The notes under the pieces are model-generated. The model was not told the DNA's origin. It searched no databases and saw only the letters and a program-made list of their open reading frames with translations. A program made the position numbers and the translations under genes. DNA of 20,000 nt from an uncultured virus (IMG/VR IMGVR_UViG_3300033067_001366). Its lineage: Duplodnaviria > Heunggongvirae > Uroviricota > Caudoviricetes. Of the stretch, positions 15,764 to 20,000 are shown one piece after another. Position 1 is the first letter of the stretch, and every line of letters begins with the position of its first letter. The stretch is taken from IMG/VR virus record IMGVR_UViG_3300033067_001366. One strand, 5' to 3'.

Positions 15764-16588
15764 ATGATTGGCACATCTCCAACTTCGCAGCGAGCGCCCC
15801 TGGTGCGTTCGCATCATTCGACGGAGATCAGCATCGAAGACATCGAAGCGCAGGTTCATCGGCTTCGACGTGGCTGGCCTCCGGGATCTTCTCTACAGTT
15901 AATTTCCGCACTCTTCGCAATGCTTCGGGTCGGTACCAATCTTCCGAAGCTTAAATCCTTCACCAACTATCCGACTGATCTTCTCCTTAACCTCACAGAC
16001 GAACTGCGTGCGCATGGGCAATTGCTCTCAGGTGTTCCGAGCGGGCAGTTCGTCCTGCAGCAGTGCCCTGGGTCGGAGAATCTGATCAAGTCTCTTACCG
16101 GGAGTTGTCCGCCTGGCGACATCCCCGAACACCAGGCAGCCTTTGCGCCGCCTGCCGTTACATCTCAATCCAAAATCAGAAAAGAGTCACCAGTGAGCGA
16201 ATCATTATCATCGGCGATCAAGCCGGTCAGTGAGTCTTCCGAAGAGGTTGCAGATACCTGTACCTGCGGCAAGATCAGCAACCACATTGGCCGCTGCAAG
16301 GGCACGGTCGTGCGCAAGGACGCTTCATCGCTTCAACAGGCTTCGACGACGTTCCACGAAGTGGTGGCCCAGGGTAATGGCACGGCGACGGGCGCAGGCC
16401 TGGTCCGGGAACCTCCTGCGGATATGGAGTCGGTCCAGCAGGTGCCGCAAGGTTCGACCGAGACTCCCGACGGGTTTCGATTCTCGGTCAGCTTGAAGTC
16501 GCCGGACGGCTATTACAGCGCCCAGGGCACAACTCGTGAAGAGTTCATGCGCGCTCAGAAGGTCCTCGATCTGATACTGGCACCGTAG
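15764..16588 (+). CDS. Hypothetical protein with a small Cys/His motif
   Basis: GAGGAG SD; CTCGKISNHIGRC. Confidence 0.7.
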   Translation: MIGTSPTSQRAPLVRSHHSTEISIEDIEAQVHRLRRGWPPGSSLQLISALFAMLRVGTNLPKLKSFTNYPTDLLLNLTDELRAHGQLLSGVPSGQFVLQQCPGSENLIKSLTGSCPPGDIPEHQAAFAPPAVTSQSKIRKESPVSESLSSAIKPVSESSEEVADTCTCGKISNHIGRCKGTVVRKDASSLQQASTTFHEVVAQGNGTATGAGLVREPPADMESVQQVPQGSTETPDGFRFSVSLKSPDGYYSAQGTTREEFMRAQKVLDLILAP

Positions 16589-16612
16589 GTCTGGCATTTT
16601 TTACGAGGAAAA

Positions 16613-16661
16613 GTACACATAAGTCAGGTGGTCGAAATTCGCGCTCCTGACTTATGTGTAC
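16613..16661. repeat. Perfect 16-bp inverted repeat
   Basis: GTACACATAAGTCAGG-N17-CCTGACTTATGTGTAC. Confidence 0.9.
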
Positions 16662-16669
16662 CTTAATTT

Positions 16670-16942
16670 ATGAATCTTTTCAGCTACAACCCGACCATCG
16701 AGGACCGTATTCGCAATTTCGTACGAACGGAAGAGCCGGTTGCGGCGCAGGTGATTACTCGTCGCTTTCGGAACGATCTTCCTCCAGGCGCGCTGGATCA
16801 GCTTTTCTGCGAGATGGTGCGAGACGGGTTACTGAAACGGGTTTGGAGTGGTGGCAATATTTTTACAGCGGAAGAAAGGGCGGATTCCCGCCCGCCAGTA
16901 GTTGACTCGCTCCGCCCCGATGGGGCAGGCGCTCGTTTCTAA
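16670..16942 (+). CDS. Small putative winged-helix protein, paralog A
   Basis: 51/70 aa identical to 18850..19074; many synonymous differences between the copies support coding. Confidence 0.75.
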   Translation: MNLFSYNPTIEDRIRNFVRTEEPVAAQVITRRFRNDLPPGALDQLFCEMVRDGLLKRVWSGGNIFTAEERADSRPPVVDSLRPDGAGARF

Positions 16943-17009
16943 CATTCCGCCGCCCCTTCGGGTTTTCTCGAAGTGGGCTGGCGGCGAAATAACAGGAGAT
17001 TTATAGATC

Positions 17010-17390
17010 ATGGGCACTAAAAACAATCCAGGTGATTTTGACTGCTACACCAATGCCGACCCAGATGAACCGATGTTTATTCTACTTGGGCGTGACCCGC
17101 TTGCGCCCCTTTTGGTTGAGATATGGGCCGACGTGAGGGCTGCTTTAGTCGGGGGCGGCCCAAAGATCGCAGAGGCGCGAAACTGTGCGCGTACAATGCG
17201 CGAATGGCCCGTCACGAAGAAACTGAACCATAAGATTAAACCTGAAGAGTCGTTGTACTGGGAAGTCGTCAACGCGATTGTCCAGTCATACCTTGGCGCA
17301 GAAGCGGAGAAAAACGGTATCACCACCCCCGATGCTCTTACGCCATCCGGCGTGGCGAGCACGGGGCAGCGGGGCGGGCGGGATACATAA
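17010..17390 (+). CDS. Conserved phage hypothetical protein
   Basis: AGGAG SD; MGTKNNPG.FDCY..A.PDEPMF.LLGRDP.AP.LV..WA pattern familiar from phage proteins. Confidence 0.75.
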   Translation: MGTKNNPGDFDCYTNADPDEPMFILLGRDPLAPLLVEIWADVRAALVGGGPKIAEARNCARTMREWPVTKKLNHKIKPEESLYWEVVNAIVQSYLGAEAEKNGITTPDALTPSGVASTGQRGGRDT

Positions 17391-17549
17391 GGCAGCCCTG
17401 GCCCGCCTCCATTCCGCAGGCGTCGCTAAGTCGCGCCGCACTGCTTCACTGCCGGGGGCCGGGGGTCGTCGTCGGCCCCTACAGGGCGCGCCTCCTTCGA
17501 GGAGGCTGGGCGGGATGGGACCCGCCCAGCAAGTCACAGAGGCAACACT

Positions 17550-18665
17550 ATGAAACCAAGCAAAACCAATAACACCATTACCGCAAATACCGAAGTTGAG
17601 ATTATTGACGATCCGTTTGAGATGCACATTGACGGCCTCGACGAAGATGCGCAGGAGCATCGCGAGCCTATTTATGCAGCCATTCAGTGGATCAACGGAG
17701 AAAAGAAAGCCGCGCCTGGCATTCAGAAAGAGGGCGGGTTCTTCATCAACTCACGCGAACAAAAGAAAGCCGCCATACTGCCGGGCTGGGAAAAAGTCGA
17801 GATTACTTTCGAGAATGGCGACACCGACGAAGGCCCCGGCGCGCTGCGTGCGCGTATCGCAGTCATTCGTTCGCGCAAATGCTGGACGCGCAAAGGCGCA
17901 GACGGCAAGAACACTTATTACCCCTGGAATCGCTACGAAAAAGGAATGACCAGCAAGCAGCAATATCTGGTTGCGATTGAGGGCTGCCCAGAAATCTTTT
18001 CATTGTCCGTGAAAGGCACAACCGGCATCGCCATCGAAGCTGCCCTGAGCGAACATCAGAAGAAAGTCGTATCCGCTGCGCGAATGCTCGCCAAGCAAAC
18101 TCTGCCGCCGTATGCCTTCTGGCTGGAACTGCGCGGCGGGGAATACACGCAGGTCGGCTCCGGCAGTGACACAAGCTGGACAACGCCACCGCGTATCGTT
18201 TTAGCCGCACAGCTTGACCGTAGCGCGCTCGCCAAACTGTTTGTTGGAAAAGATAACCTGCTCAGCTTCCAGCAGGCATTCAAGGACGCCGACGCCTGGG
18301 CTGCACGATGGGCCGACGCCAAGGGGCTGAAAGACGTTGCCGACGAAGAGAGCGGCGCAAAGTCGCAATGGAGATGCCTGCCGCATTTGGGCGACCGCTA
18401 TCTTGATCTTGTCGCCAAACTTCACGCCGCAAAGGCTCCTGTGTCGAGTCTTCTGGATGGCGTCATCGAAGAGAACAACGGAATGCAGCCCAGCGAATGG
18501 GACGACGACCAAATGCAGGGCGCAATCGGGACGCTGAACTATGCGCTGAAACGCGCTCAGAACACTGCGGCAGTTTCGGCAGTGGCTGGGATCAGCCGGG
18601 GAATATCGGCAGCACGTCCAGCGTCAGAGCCAGTAAGCGTTGATGCGGAAGATATTCCTTTTTAG
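17550..18665 (+). CDS. Hypothetical protein, possibly a non-canonical phage SSB or recombination factor
   Basis: 371 aa, aromatic-rich beta domain, acidic C-terminus ending EDIPF. Confidence 0.65.
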   Translation: MKPSKTNNTITANTEVEIIDDPFEMHIDGLDEDAQEHREPIYAAIQWINGEKKAAPGIQKEGGFFINSREQKKAAILPGWEKVEITFENGDTDEGPGALRARIAVIRSRKCWTRKGADGKNTYYPWNRYEKGMTSKQQYLVAIEGCPEIFSLSVKGTTGIAIEAALSEHQKKVVSAARMLAKQTLPPYAFWLELRGGEYTQVGSGSDTSWTTPPRIVLAAQLDRSALAKLFVGKDNLLSFQQAFKDADAWAARWADAKGLKDVADEESGAKSQWRCLPHLGDRYLDLVAKLHAAKAPVSSLLDGVIEENNGMQPSEWDDDQMQGAIGTLNYALKRAQNTAAVSAVAGISRGISAARPASEPVSVDAEDIPF

Positions 18666-18849
18666 TTTAACGACCTTTTTCGTCCGGCCACCAAGAGGGA
18701 GGCGCAAGCCGTTAGACCTGGTGCGTGAATGCGAAGCGTAATCGGATACCGCTAGCCACAAGCTGCCACGTGATGAGTGGGCTTTTGTCGGGGATGCTCA
18801 AGCAGGCAGTACTCAAACCGTCTGGCAGCCGGGAAAGACCGGCACTTTT

Positions 18850-19074
18850 ATGAACTTATTCAATTACAACCCAACCATCGAAGAGCGTATTCGGAATTTC
18901 GTGCGAACGGAAGAACCGGTAACGGTCCAAGTTCTCGCGCGGCGATTTCGGCACGATCTTTCTCCACGCGAATTGGATGAAATTTGCTGCGAGATGGTGC
19001 GCGACAGGGCATTAAAGAGGGTTTGGGATGGAAGCGACATTTTTACAGCAATCGAAAGGTTTGAACTGAGATGA
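18850..19074 (+). CDS. Small putative winged-helix protein, paralog B
   Basis: Paralog of 16670..16942; ATGA overlap with the Gp157 gene. Confidence 0.75.
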   Translation: MNLFNYNPTIEERIRNFVRTEEPVTVQVLARRFRHDLSPRELDEICCEMVRDRALKRVWDGSDIFTAIERFELR

Positions 19075-19688
19075 GATCACTTTACGACATCAGCGATGAC
19101 CTCGCCGTCCTTGAAGAAGCTTTAACCGAATCCGCCGGCGAAGTGGACGAAGAACTCGACGCCTGGTTCGACCGGATCGGCGAAGAGCGCGACGCCAAGG
19201 TTCGCAATTACTGCGCACTGATCGCCAATTTCGATGTGAGCGCAAAGGCCTGCCAGGAAGAGGCAGCGCGACTCACAGCAATGGCTAAGGCCCGCGAGAA
19301 TGCAGCAAAGCGGCTCAAAGAGCGGCTGCAACTGTTCTTTCTGCGCCACGGCATCAACAAGCTTGATCTGGGCATCTTCAAGCCCCGTATTCAAGCCAAT
19401 GGCGGCGTTGCGCCGCTGATCGTGCCGGAGAAGTGGGAGCAGAATCCCGAATACGCCCCTGAGATTTTCCAGAAACAAGTCATTTTGCTGGACAAGGAAC
19501 AAATCCGCCGAACGGTCGAAGACTTCAACGAGAAGGCCGAAGAGTTCCTTGCGCCTGCAAAGACTGCCAGCGAGCGGTTCGCGCTCTATGAGACCTGGCT
19601 TCAGTCGAATCCTGTGGCCGCAAAGACCAAGGAAGCGATTGCAGGCTGTTCGATTGGTGCGCGTGGCGTTCATCTGCGGCTCAGATAG
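19071..19688 (+). CDS. Siphovirus Gp157 family protein
   Basis: SLYDI start, K..NY..I...EE..RL...ENAAKRLKE.L coiled coil, C-terminal G...HLRLR. Confidence 0.82.
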   Translation: MRSLYDISDDLAVLEEALTESAGEVDEELDAWFDRIGEERDAKVRNYCALIANFDVSAKACQEEAARLTAMAKARENAAKRLKERLQLFFLRHGINKLDLGIFKPRIQANGGVAPLIVPEKWEQNPEYAPEIFQKQVILLDKEQIRRTVEDFNEKAEEFLAPAKTASERFALYETWLQSNPVAAKTKEAIAGCSIGARGVHLRLR

Positions 19689-19725
19689 CCGTAACCATCA
19701 ACCCTTAACCGACAAAGGAGAAGCC

Positions 19726-19863
19726 ATGTACGACCGAGAACAAGAAGATGCCGACCGCGCCGCTTTTGACGCAGGCGCCGACGCTGACGCTGAAGCCGCT
19801 GCCTTAGAGCAGGGCAATGCCGAAGAAGCCGAGCAAGACGCTGACGATGGCGATAAAGAATAA
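19726..19863 (+). CDS. Small, highly acidic protein
   Basis: AAAGGAG SD; 45 aa with 18 D/E versus 3 K/R. Confidence 0.6.
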   Translation: MYDREQEDADRAAFDAGADADAEAAALEQGNAEEAEQDADDGDKE

Positions 19864-20000
19864 CGAGCAATCAGTTGCTCCCAATACTCGCTGAAGCGGC
19901 AGCAATGTCAGCGCGGCGAAGTCGGCGGCGGTCGTCCTGCCTTTTTACGTCCGCCGCCCTCACAGATAGATTGCCAGCCCATCGTGCGACGTCGGTGCCC

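Noticed and set aside
16670..19074. DGR template/variable repeat pair
   Set aside because: Differences are not adenine-specific, many are synonymous, and there is no reverse transcriptase in the window.
12819..19863. Longer starts at 12819, 15260 and 19549
   Set aside because: SD position, translational coupling and domain boundaries favour 12882, 15323 and 19726.

Overview
The window is a temperate phage (or phage-like element) segment in the non-integrated attP configuration. From left to right: the C-terminal part of a very large putative virion protein on +; a converging leftward accessory operon (papain-like protein, PRTRC-type ParB, ASCH protein, membrane protein, hypotheticals); an attP whose core is the 3' half of a tRNA with a CAT anticodon, with arm-type repeats on both sides; a lysogeny module (tyrosine integrase, ImmA/IrrE metallopeptidase, two secreted proteins, repressor); a divergent promoter/operator region; and a rightward early operon (Cro-like, Xis-like, Rad52/Sak, SSB, an SSB-like protein, Gp157). 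The most unusual signals are: (1) four copies of a 16-bp parS-like palindrome at exact 36-bp spacing inside a coding region upstream of a ParB with no ParA in the window; (2) a lysis/lysogeny switch built from two ribbon-helix-helix proteins, one carrying an ImmR-type C-terminal tail; (3) several highly structured intergenic RNAs in the early operon; (4) a 37-bp direct repeat bracketing a secreted-protein cassette. All family assignments come from motif recognition by eye, not database searches.
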